From a virus (Duplodnaviria > Caudoviricetes), in IMG/VR virus record IMGVR_UViG_3300034349_000020, positions 1-24,846 of that record: DNA of 24,846 nucleotides. The stretch is one strand, 5' to 3'. Under the pieces are notes generated by a model. The model was not told the origin of the DNA, made no database searches, and saw nothing but the letters and a program-made list of their open reading frames with translations. Made by a program: the position numbers and the translations under genes. How positions within the stretch are numbered: the first letter of the stretch is position 1; each line of letters opens with the position of its first letter. Below are positions 7,745-16,297 of the stretch, piece after piece.

Positions 7745-8215
7745 ATGATCCTCGACAAGAACCTCCTTGTTTCGGACGCCCAGGACCTGGCGCAGACCAA
7801 CGCGTCGTACCTGAGCGACAAGTCCATCGACCTGTGGGCGGGCAACGCCGCTCTCCCCTCCATCCCGGGATACGGCACCGGCAAGCCCATCGCGGACATC
7901 GGCCGCGGGAACTGCCCGGAGCTGCTCGTCCAGGTCTCCACGCCGTTCGCCACCTCGGCGAGCGGCACCCTGCAGGTCGACCTCATCACCGCCACCGACG
8001 CCGCGTTGACGGGCTCGGTCACGGTGCTGAGCAGCACCCCCGTGCTGGCGGCCTCCGCGCTCGTGGCCGGGTACCAGTTCCGGCTTGGCGGCATCCCCGC
8101 CGGCATCACCCAGCGCTACCTCGGGCTGCGGTACGTGATCGGCACCGGCGCGATGAGCGCTGGGAAGATCACCGCCGGCCTGGTCCTCGACCGGCAGAGC
8201 AACCCGCTGGTGTAG
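7745..8215 (+). CDS. Bbp16-like capsid cement/decoration protein
   Basis: MILDKNLLVSDAQ, S...IDL, DIGRG, LVAGY, RYLGLRY, GKITAGLVLD; follows the MCP. Confidence 0.88.
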   Translation: MILDKNLLVSDAQDLAQTNASYLSDKSIDLWAGNAALPSIPGYGTGKPIADIGRGNCPELLVQVSTPFATSASGTLQVDLITATDAALTGSVTVLSSTPVLAASALVAGYQFRLGGIPAGITQRYLGLRYVIGTGAMSAGKITAGLVLDRQSNPLV

Positions 8216-8222
8216 TCCCACC

Positions 8223-8256
8223 GACGAGCGGCCCGTCCTCCGGCGGGCCGCTCGTC
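8223..8256 (+). terminator. Strong stem-loop, probable terminator/attenuator
   Basis: gacgagcggcccg (8223-8235) pairs perfectly with cgggccgctcgtc (8244-8256). Only a weak pyrimidine tail follows. Confidence 0.65.
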
Positions 8257-8283
8257 ATCCTCTGAGCAGCACGAGAGACGACC

Positions 8284-8511
8284 ATGCCCCTCTACATCAT
8301 CGGCGGCGACCCCAAGACCTCCACTGGACAGCCCCACTACCGGGACGGCCGGCTCTACCGCGACGGCGAGACCTGCGACATCCCGAAGGGCAAGAAGCCT
8401 CCCAGGGGCGCGAAGCTCATCGAGACCTCGACGCCCGAGGCACCCGTCGCCGACACCAGGTCGGAGGCTCCCAAGAAGGTCGAGGGGCGCCCGTCCGACC
8501 GCAAGGCCTAG
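8284..8511 (+). CDS. Small hypothetical virion-region protein (75 aa)
   Basis: ATG after GAGAG; high GC3; HYRDGRLYRDGETCDIP core with a Lys/Pro/Glu-rich tail. Confidence 0.75.
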   Translation: MPLYIIGGDPKTSTGQPHYRDGRLYRDGETCDIPKGKKPPRGAKLIETSTPEAPVADTRSEAPKKVEGRPSDRKA

Positions 8512-8565
8512 CCGTAGTCCCTGCAGGAACGACACGAACCCACCTACCAGGAAAGGAGGACGCCC

Positions 8566-9297
8566 ATGGCGCCCCCGAAGAGAATCAGGACCTGCGACAT
8601 CAAGGACGGCGCGATCACCCAGGCGAAGCTCGCCTCCGCGGCAGCGGTCGAGGCTGCCACGGTGACCAACGCCGAGATCTCCGCCTCCGCGGCCATCGCG
8701 CTGTCGAAGCTCGCCACCGGCGACCTCCCGGCGGCCATCAAGGTGAAGACCGCAAACCTCGCCGCCGCGAACGTCACCGCCACCGAGCTGGCGGCCGACG
8801 CCGTGGTCGACGTGAAGGTGGCGGCCAACGCGGCCATCGCCCTCACCAAGCTGGCCGACGGCGCGCTGAAGTCGACCATCACCCTCGACCCCGGCCTGAT
8901 GGTGCAGTCCGCCGTCATCGTCGTCTCGAGCGCGGAGCTCAAGGCGCTCAACACCACCGCCAAGACGCTCATCGCCTCCCCGGGCGCCGGCAACGCGATC
9001 CAGTTCCTGAGCGCGGTCGTGATGCACGACTACGCCACCGCCGCGTACACCGAGAGCAACGCCAACCTGGAGTTCCGCTACACCGACAAGGACGGCGCGA
9101 TCTGCGGCACCGGAGAGGCCACCGGGTTCCTCGACGCCACCGCGGACAAGATGATCGCCGTCGCCCCCGCGGCCTCCCCGCTGATGGTGGCGAACGCCGC
9201 CCTGGTGCTGGCCGCCGCCGCCAACCCCGCGGGCTCCGGCACCGGCGTCCTCCGGTGCCGGGTCACTTACCGCGTGGTCCCGTTCCAGCTGTCGTAG
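8566..9297 (+). CDS. Putative head fibre/decoration protein with fibre-type repeats
   Basis: Strong AAGGAGG RBS. IKDGAITQAKLA, AAIALSKLA and AAIALTKLA repeats precede a beta-rich C-terminal domain. Confidence 0.7.
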   Translation: MAPPKRIRTCDIKDGAITQAKLASAAAVEAATVTNAEISASAAIALSKLATGDLPAAIKVKTANLAAANVTATELAADAVVDVKVAANAAIALTKLADGALKSTITLDPGLMVQSAVIVVSSAELKALNTTAKTLIASPGAGNAIQFLSAVVMHDYATAAYTESNANLEFRYTDKDGAICGTGEATGFLDATADKMIAVAPAASPLMVANAALVLAAAANPAGSGTGVLRCRVTYRVVPFQLS

Positions 9298-9310
9298 TCC
9301 CTGCCTGACC

Positions 9311-9336
9311 GGGGCGGCCCAGTGGAGGGCCGCCCC
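9311..9336 (+). terminator. Stem-loop between head and tail genes
   Basis: ggggcggccc/agtgga/gggccgcccc: perfect 10-bp stem followed by actt. Confidence 0.65.
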
Positions 9337-9350
9337 ACTTCCGAGGGCCC

Positions 9351-10250
9351 ATGACCACCACCGCCACGAGCATCTGCAACCAGGCTCTCAGCCGCATCGG
9401 CGTGCGCAAGACCCTCGTCGACTACCTGACCGACACGAGCCAGGAGGCGGTGGAGTGCCGCAAGTTCTACGAGCTGGCGCGGGACTCGATGCTCTCGGAC
9501 TTCTGGTGGCCCTTCGCGACTCGCCGCGCGCTTCTCGTTGAGCAGCCTGCCTCGCTCATCACGGTTGTCCCGGGAACCAAGCCAGCTGACCGGAGTCTGC
9601 TCGCCTTCGCCGACACGACGGCGCCGGCCGCGTACACCATCTCCTTCCGGGTGGCGGTGGGAACGATCTTCGTGACGATCAACGGCGTGGCGGCGGGCAG
9701 CTTCTCAACGGACTTTGGGCCGCTCTCGATCGCCCTGGCAGACCACATCACGGGCGCAACTGGCGTCCTGTCCACCGACTTCAGTTCTCCTTCGCTCGAT
9801 GCGTCGGAAAACGACGTCTACGTGTTCGCGGTGACCGTCGTGGACCCCGACCCATCGGCCTGGGAGTACCGCTACGCCATCCCGGCGGACTGCTTGGCGC
9901 CTCAATACCTGTGGTGTGGAGCCCGCAACCCGCGCCCCGAACAGCAGATCCCATTTGACCTGTCGCACGACCCGGTGGTCTCGGGCCCCAGCCTCTTCTC
10001 CGACCTGGTGGACGCAGAGCTGGTCTACACGGTCGTCCCGCTGCCTGCCAACTTCCCCGCGCTGTTCACCGACGCCCTGGTCTGGAAGCTCGCGTCGGAG
10101 CTCGCCATGCCCCTGGCGGTCAAGCCTGAGCTGATGGCCTCCGCCGTCCAGATGCACGAGCGGGTGCTCGGGAAGGCCCGCTGCGCGGTGCTGAACAGCC
10201 AGAAGGCGGACCAGCCACCGGCCTCGGAGTACGAGGCAGCGAGGTACTGA
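9351..10250 (+). CDS. Tail tubular protein A / adaptor (T7 gp11-like) with internal insertion
   Basis: SICNQALSRIG, C.KFY..ARD..L...WWPFATRRA.L, WEYRYAIPADCL, AELVY, FPALFTDALVWKLASELAMPL, YEAARY. Confidence 0.88.
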   Translation: MTTTATSICNQALSRIGVRKTLVDYLTDTSQEAVECRKFYELARDSMLSDFWWPFATRRALLVEQPASLITVVPGTKPADRSLLAFADTTAPAAYTISFRVAVGTIFVTINGVAAGSFSTDFGPLSIALADHITGATGVLSTDFSSPSLDASENDVYVFAVTVVDPDPSAWEYRYAIPADCLAPQYLWCGARNPRPEQQIPFDLSHDPVVSGPSLFSDLVDAELVYTVVPLPANFPALFTDALVWKLASELAMPLAVKPELMASAVQMHERVLGKARCAVLNSQKADQPPASEYEAARY

Positions 10251-13200
10251 TGGGCGCCATGATCCGACAGGCCAGCTTCTCTGGCGGCGAGCTGGGCCCT
10301 GCTCTCCAGGGGCGCAGCGACATCGGCAAGTACGAGTCCGCGCTGGCCCGGTGCCGCAACTTCATCCCCACCCCACAGGGCCCAGCCGTGAACCGCCCAG
10401 GGTTCGAGCTGGTGGCGCCGGCCTTCGCATCCGCCACCTACCCGAACCAGGCGACCCGGCTCATCCCATTCGTTGCCTCCGACTCCCAGGCCTGCGTCCT
10501 GGAGCTCGGGCACTACACGATGCGGGTGGTCTACGACGGTGGCCTGGTCCAGGTGACGGACGCCGCGGCGTGGGAGATTGACACCGCCTACGTGGTCGAC
10601 CAGTACGTGACCTGCAACGGCATCACCTACTGGTGTGCGGTCAACGCTGGGGTGAACGTCAGGCCAGGAACGACCGCCGGGGCCTCCTGCTGGATGGCCC
10701 GGTCCGACTACGTGAAGACCACGCCTTGGACCTACGCGGAACTCGCGCGCCTGAAGTTCGCCCAGAGCGGGGACGTGCTGACGATCTGCGATGGGACCCG
10801 CGCACCCTACGACCTCACCCGGTTGGACTGGGACAACTGGACCCTCGCCGTCGTCTCGTTCGACCGGGGGACCATCTACATTCAACCCGGCTACGAGCCT
10901 CGGGTCATGACCGAGCCGCTCCCCACCGCCGACGCGACCCATGCGGCCCGGGAGTGGGCCTGGAAGCTCACCCACGTCTACGACGACGGGCACGGCGGGC
11001 TCATCGAGTCCGCCCCCTACACCATCGCCCACAGGAGCGTGGCGGTCACCGGGTGCACGCCGGACGACATCACGCCCGGATACAACTCGGCCAGATCCTA
11101 TGCGACCGGGAACAAGGTGCGGACTTCGACGGCGGGCACCAACACCGGGAAGAACACGTTCCAGACCTCGCTCCACGATGACAACCAAGGCCACGCCCTC
11201 ACCGATGCAACCTGGTGGTCGGCCGAGCAGTACGCCGACCTACTCCTTCCGGGGACCTATCCGCTCTACGTCGACAAGCCGCTCACCTTCGACAACCTGG
11301 TGACGGACAACTCGTCCACCAACCCGACGGGGCGGCCGGTGGTCGGCGTCCGGGTCTACCGCGGTCGCGGAGAGGTGTTCGGGCTCGTGTGGGCGACCTC
11401 GTTCGCCGCGGGTTCGGCCAGCCCTCTGTTCGTCGACTACGGCGAGGAGCCTGACTACAGCTCGCCGCCGCCGGACGGGCGCAACCCATTCGTCGCAACC
11501 GCAGGCACCGAGTACCCGGTGGCGGTCGCCTACTTCCAGCAGCGCAAGGTCTACGCCGGAACCAACCTCCGCCCGGCCTGGATGGCCCTCTCGCGCACGG
11601 GGGACTTCAACAACTTCGACCGGCACTTCCCCGGAATGGACGACGACTCCATCGAACTGACCCTGGCGTCGAGGAAGTTCGAGGAGGTCCGCAGCCTGCT
11701 CCCGGGCCGCCGGCTGCTCGCCATGACCGCCTCGAGCGCCTGGCCCATCGGAGGAGCCGGGAACGGAGACCCGCTCAGCCGCACCTCCATCGACGCCACA
11801 GCGCAGGGGGCGCGCGGCTCCACCTGGCTCGACTCCATCGAGGTCGACGACGGGGTGGCCCTGTTCGTGTGCTCGCGAGGAGGCCACGTTCGCGACATCC
11901 TCTTCCAGGCCACCCAGGACGGGCTCACCGGCCAGGACCTCAGCGTTCTGGCCCCCCACTTCTTCGACGGCCACAGCATCGTCGACTGGACCTATCAGGC
12001 CCTGCCGTACTCGGTGATTTGGTGCGCGCGGGACGACGGTGCGCTCCTCTCGCTCACCTACGTCCGGGACCAGCAGGTCTGGGCCTGGGCCCTCCACGAG
12101 ACCTCTGGTGCGGTGCAGAACGTGTGCGCCATCCCAGAGGGCGACAACGACGCGCTCTATCTCGTGGTCGCCATCGGGACCACCGACGGCGCCGGTGGGA
12201 TCATTCCCCCCACCCATGGCGGTGGAGTGCTCGCCGGATCGGGCAGCAGGCTCATCTACCGGATGGCCTCTCGGGTCGTGACCGACGTCTCCGAGGGCTC
12301 GTTCGTCGATGCAGCGGCCATCTACGACGGGCTCAACGAGGACGACGGGTGCCTGCTCTCTTTGACCGCCATTGAGGGTGGAGTCTGGATCGGCCGGTCG
12401 GACGGGCTCACCGACGAGCTGACCACGCTGGAGGCGGGGGACCAGATCGTGTTCGGGCCGGACACCGCCACCCCGCTGGTCGTGACCTTGACCGCGGCGC
12501 CTGGCTACGGTGGCGGGGCGACTGGAACCATCCCAGCAGGCGGAACCCCCGAGGTCACCGCGACTGCCGACTGGGCGATCCGGAGGAAGACCATCGGTGG
12601 AATCCGGCGCGCCGCGGACTACTGGATCAACACCGATGCGGACCAGAGGGTCTACCTCGAACTGATCAGCGGGGCCTCATGGGCGGCCGGCGCTCCGGTC
12701 TACGTCAAGCCGTGGGCCAGCTCGGCGAACGTGGCGCGCGGATGGAGGCGGGGGACCATCGTCCTGGTGGGCGCCACCTCAGGCTCGCCCTCTGCCCTCC
12801 GGCTGACCGGTGACACCTCCGAGGCCACCTACCGGGCCCCGGCAATCGCCCTCGACGCCATAGGCGGCGACTATCAGGGCGGCGCCGCCGAGGCGCTGGC
12901 GGACTACGGAATCCAGGAGGCCCTTGGCGGCCTGCTCGACCACCTGCTCGAGGGCCAGGTGGTCTCGGTGCTGGCGGATGGGGTCGTGATTCCCGACCTG
13001 GTCGTGTCCGCCGCCAAGACCATCGCCCTCCCGACCCCGGCGCAGCGGGTGATCGTCGGCCTGCCCTACACCTCCGACCTGGAGCTGCTGGACGTCGCCT
13101 CAGAGAAGACCCGCAACAAGAACGTGGTCCGCGCCTTCTGGGAGGTCGCCACCCCCGCGAGCATCAGCGTGGGCGAGTCCCTGGACAGCCTGACCACATG

Positions 13201-13369
13201 CCCCGTGGCTGGTCCTGTCACGGGAGCCTGGGAGGATTCACCAGAACTTGTCGAGGTGCGGACCGGCAGCTCCTGGAACAAGGGCGGGCGGGCCGTCCTC
13301 TCCAACTCCGACCCGGTCCCGGTCACCGTCTACGGCGTCTCCCGCGAGGTGGAAGGTGGCGGCTCATAG
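10250..13369 (+). CDS. Tail tubular protein B / nozzle (T7 gp12/P22 gp10-like)
   Basis: QASFSGGELGP.L.GR.D..KY, NFIPTPQGPAVNRPG, RLIPF, FAQSGDVL, YPVAVAYFQQR, SRTGDFNNF, DLSVLAPHFF, QQVWAWALHET, GLPYTS. Confidence 0.92.
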   Translation: MGAMIRQASFSGGELGPALQGRSDIGKYESALARCRNFIPTPQGPAVNRPGFELVAPAFASATYPNQATRLIPFVASDSQACVLELGHYTMRVVYDGGLVQVTDAAAWEIDTAYVVDQYVTCNGITYWCAVNAGVNVRPGTTAGASCWMARSDYVKTTPWTYAELARLKFAQSGDVLTICDGTRAPYDLTRLDWDNWTLAVVSFDRGTIYIQPGYEPRVMTEPLPTADATHAAREWAWKLTHVYDDGHGGLIESAPYTIAHRSVAVTGCTPDDITPGYNSARSYATGNKVRTSTAGTNTGKNTFQTSLHDDNQGHALTDATWWSAEQYADLLLPGTYPLYVDKPLTFDNLVTDNSSTNPTGRPVVGVRVYRGRGEVFGLVWATSFAAGSASPLFVDYGEEPDYSSPPPDGRNPFVATAGTEYPVAVAYFQQRKVYAGTNLRPAWMALSRTGDFNNFDRHFPGMDDDSIELTLASRKFEEVRSLLPGRRLLAMTASSAWPIGGAGNGDPLSRTSIDATAQGARGSTWLDSIEVDDGVALFVCSRGGHVRDILFQATQDGLTGQDLSVLAPHFFDGHSIVDWTYQALPYSVIWCARDDGALLSLTYVRDQQVWAWALHETSGAVQNVCAIPEGDNDALYLVVAIGTTDGAGGIIPPTHGGGVLAGSGSRLIYRMASRVVTDVSEGSFVDAAAIYDGLNEDDGCLLSLTAIEGGVWIGRSDGLTDELTTLEAGDQIVFGPDTATPLVVTLTAAPGYGGGATGTIPAGGTPEVTATADWAIRRKTIGGIRRAADYWINTDADQRVYLELISGASWAAGAPVYVKPWASSANVARGWRRGTIVLVGATSGSPSALRLTGDTSEATYRAPAIALDAIGGDYQGGAAEALADYGIQEALGGLLDHLLEGQVVSVLADGVVIPDLVVSAAKTIALPTPAQRVIVGLPYTSDLELLDVASEKTRNKNVVRAFWEVATPASISVGESLDSLTTCPVAGPVTGAWEDSPELVEVRTGSSWNKGGRAVLSNSDPVPVTVYGVSREVEGGGS

Positions 13370-13868
13370 GGTCCAGGTCGTCGAGGCGACGGTGGCGCAC
13401 GCGGAGCAGCTCGCCCCGCGCATGCGCTCCGCCGACACGCTCGAGGTCCAGTCCTCCGCCGGGATGACCCCGCTGGCGGCCCTGCTTGCCTCGCTGCGGG
13501 CCTCCGTCTACTCCCGGGCCCTGCTCATCGACGGCGAGCCCGCGGCCCTCTGGGGCGTCGCGCCGGCCGCTGGCGATGACCAGGACATCGGCGTGGTGTG
13601 GCTGCTCACCGGGGACCTGGCCGACCGCCACCCACTCGCCCTCATGGTCCACTGCCGCGCCGAGCTCCAGCGCATGCTCGAGGTCCGCCCGGTGCTCACC
13701 AACGCCGTCGACGAGCGCTACCCCGGGGCTGTCCGCTGGCTGCGCTGGCTGGGGTTCGAGGTGGGGGAGGCCGTGCCGTTCGGAACCTCGGGCCTGCCGT
13801 TCCACCCCATCGCCATCGCCGCCGCACCCGTCGCCGCTCGAGCAACGACAGGAGACCACCATGTGTGA
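13356..13868 (+). CDS. GNAT-fold internal virion protein A (T7 gp13-like putative acetyltransferase)
   Basis: RMRSADTLEV, GVVWLLTG, LTNAVDERYPGAVRWLRWLGF. GTG 13356 follows GAGG. Syntenic position after tail tubular B. Confidence 0.85.
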   Translation: MAAHRVQVVEATVAHAEQLAPRMRSADTLEVQSSAGMTPLAALLASLRASVYSRALLIDGEPAALWGVAPAAGDDQDIGVVWLLTGDLADRHPLALMVHCRAELQRMLEVRPVLTNAVDERYPGAVRWLRWLGFEVGEAVPFGTSGLPFHPIAIAAAPVAARATTGDHHV

Positions 13869-14394
13869 GCCCACCACCATCGCCCTTGCCGCAGGAGCCG
13901 GGGTCAGCCTCGTCGGGGCGGCCTCATCCGCTAGCGCGCAAAGCAAGGAGGCCGCCTACAACGCGAAGCTCGCCGAGCAGAACCAGCAGCGCGTCGAGCT
14001 GGCCGCCGCAGACGCTCGGGACCGCGGGGAGCGGGAGGTGGGCCTTCGCCAGCTCCAGGCCGGGCAGCTCCGAGGCAAGCAGCGCCTGGCCCTCGCCGCC
14101 TCCGGAGTGGACATCCAGAGCGGGACCGCCCTCGACGTTATGGAGGACTCAGCCGCGTCCGCGGCTGTCGACTCGGCCACGCTCCGCAACAACGCCGCGC
14201 GCGAGGCCTACGGTTACAAGACCCAGGCGCTCCAGATCGGCGAGCAGGCCAAGCTCGACGCGCTGAAGAGCAGCAACCAGCAGACCGCCACGCTCCTCGG
14301 CGGGGTCACGGGGGCCGCCACCCAGGGCCTCAAGGCGTACGGGGCGGGCAAGGGCGCCGGCCTGTGGGGCGGAACGGCCAAGCCTGTCGCGTAG
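13861..14394 (+). CDS. Internal virion (ejection) protein, T7 gp14-like
   Basis: MCEPTTIALAAGAGVSLVGAA start, AYNAKLAEQN, GKQRLALAASGVDIQSGTALDV, NAAREAYGY. AGGAG RBS. Confidence 0.88.
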   Translation: MCEPTTIALAAGAGVSLVGAASSASAQSKEAAYNAKLAEQNQQRVELAAADARDRGEREVGLRQLQAGQLRGKQRLALAASGVDIQSGTALDVMEDSAASAAVDSATLRNNAAREAYGYKTQALQIGEQAKLDALKSSNQQTATLLGGVTGAATQGLKAYGAGKGAGLWGGTAKPVA

Positions 14395-14428
14395 GACACC
14401 CGAAGCCGGACCCCTACTAGGAGCCCCG

Positions 14429-16297
14429 ATGCCCACGATCCCAGTCGAAGACCTGCCCCAGATCCAGAGTCGCCCCCGCGGCGCCAACACCATCAACCTC
14501 GACGCCCGCGGCGCCTTCGGGAGCGGAGTGCCCGAGGTCGCCCAGGCGGTCGGCCAGGTCGCCAACGAGGCGGCCGGCATGTTCGCCCGGGAGAAGGCGA
14601 AGGCCGACGACTCGATGGCGCTGGAGGCGCTCAACGAACTGGAGAGCCACGCCGTTGACGTCAAGTCGGGCCGGGACCGTGGGGTCCTGAACCTCAAAGG
14701 GGACCAGGCGGTCCAGGCCTCGGGCCCGGCGCTCGACTCCATCACCCAGAAGCGCGACCAGCTCGCGGGCGGGCTGACCAACCCGGACCAGAGGAAACTC
14801 TTTCTCCAGCGGGCAGCCTCGACACTGATCTCGTCCAAGCAGCAGGTGGAGACCCACGTCGCCCACCAGGTGTCCGTCGGCCAAGAGCAGACGATGCAGG
14901 CGCTGCAGGCGACGAAGACGAACGCCATCGTCACCGCGTATGACGACCAGCCGGTGCGGGACCTCGAGATCCGCAACATGGAGGACCTCATCCGGACGAA
15001 GTCCGCCAACGACGGCGAGAGCAGCACCGTCGCAGACGCCCGGGTCGAGGCCTGGAAGGCGAAGACCACCGGCGCGGTGCTCAACGCGTACCTCGCCCAC
15101 CAGGACGGGGAGAAGGCCGCCGCCTACTTCGCGCAGGTGGAGGACCAGCTGGACCCGCCGCACCGGGAGGACTACCAGCGCCAGATCACCGCCACGCTCA
15201 CCGCCCAGCAGAGCGACCGGAACGCCAGCGAGTTCACGAACTCCCACCGGAACCCGGTGACCAAGTTCGTCGACGATGTGGCCGCGCGCGCCGAGCTGGA
15301 GAAGATGCAGCCGGGGAAGCTGAAGGACGAGACCGCGCAACGCCTGAACCACCGGCTGGCCCTCGCAAAGTCGGACGAGCAAGAGACGAAGGTCGGCTGG
15401 GCGGACGAGGCCCGGACGCTCTACCGCCAGAGGAACGCGCTCGGCGGCGGCATCGGCGCCCTGATGTCGGCGCTCAGCCCAACCCAGCGCCAGCGGCTCA
15501 TCGACCACGCCCCGCGCGAGTGGCAGAACCTGGTGGACCAGGCCAAGAGCGATGGGGACTACTGGCGCCGGCTCAAGGAGAAGGCCCCGCACGGCGAGAC
15601 TCCGGACCAGGTGCGAGCGAACGTCGCGGCAATGTTCGACCTCGCCCAGCACCCCGAGGAGAACTCCGGCCTATCCGCCCCGGCCTTCATGGACCGGTGG
15701 GGCTCGAAGCTGGCCCCGAAGGACCTGGAGGCTCGCGCAGCCCAGGCCGCCCGGCTCAAGAGCGGGAAGCCAGGCTGGGATCAGAAGGCCCTCATCGACC
15801 AGATGCAGAGCGCCGGTGTGGTCCCCCGGGCCGCCTCGGGAAGCGTGAAGCCCAACGACCCGGGGACGTGGCCCGACGAGGCGGTGGCCGCCTACTCGGG
15901 GCTCTCCCGCCAGCTCGACGATCTGGACAAGGACTGGCGCGAGCACCACAACGGCCAGGCCCTGCCCAAGTCCGAGGCCTCCGCCTACGTCGCCGAGAAG
16001 CTCGCCAAGGGTGAGATCGAGCGGCCCTGGTGGTTCGACGAGAAGACCACTCGTCTCCAGGCGGAGCTCAAGGGAAAGGGCGCTCAGTTCAAGCCCTCCG
16101 GTCCAGGCAACGCAAGCCCCGCCGCGCCACAGCCCCAGCCGGAGCCCGCTGCTGATGCCGCCGGGCCCCTCCGCGGCGGACTGACGCCCCCCGGTGTCCC
16201 AGGTTCGTTCGTGTCGCGTGTGCGCGCTTCGCACCCCGACGCGAGCCCAGAGCAGATCGCCAACGCCTACCGCGCCTTCCAGAAGCGAGGCCAGTAA
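14429..16297 (+). CDS. Internal virion (ejection) protein, gp15 position (622 aa)
   Basis: MPTIP start, G.L.LKG.QA motif, mostly helical. AGGAG RBS. Lies between the gp14-like gene and the giant protein. Confidence 0.8.
   Translation: MPTIPVEDLPQIQSRPRGANTINLDARGAFGSGVPEVAQAVGQVANEAAGMFAREKAKADDSMALEALNELESHAVDVKSGRDRGVLNLKGDQAVQASGPALDSITQKRDQLAGGLTNPDQRKLFLQRAASTLISSKQQVETHVAHQVSVGQEQTMQALQATKTNAIVTAYDDQPVRDLEIRNMEDLIRTKSANDGESSTVADARVEAWKAKTTGAVLNAYLAHQDGEKAAAYFAQVEDQLDPPHREDYQRQITATLTAQQSDRNASEFTNSHRNPVTKFVDDVAARAELEKMQPGKLKDETAQRLNHRLALAKSDEQETKVGWADEARTLYRQRNALGGGIGALMSALSPTQRQRLIDHAPREWQNLVDQAKSDGDYWRRLKEKAPHGETPDQVRANVAAMFDLAQHPEENSGLSAPAFMDRWGSKLAPKDLEARAAQAARLKSGKPGWDQKALIDQMQSAGVVPRAASGSVKPNDPGTWPDEAVAAYSGLSRQLDDLDKDWREHHNGQALPKSEASAYVAEKLAKGEIERPWWFDEKTTRLQAELKGKGAQFKPSGPGNASPAAPQPQPEPAADAAGPLRGGLTPPGVPGSFVSRVRASHPDASPEQIANAYRAFQKRGQ

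Noticed and set aside
14429-16297. Lytic transglycosylase/lysozyme domain often found in ejection proteins
   Set aside because: No ES...GLMQ or similar motif was recognised here or in the giant protein.
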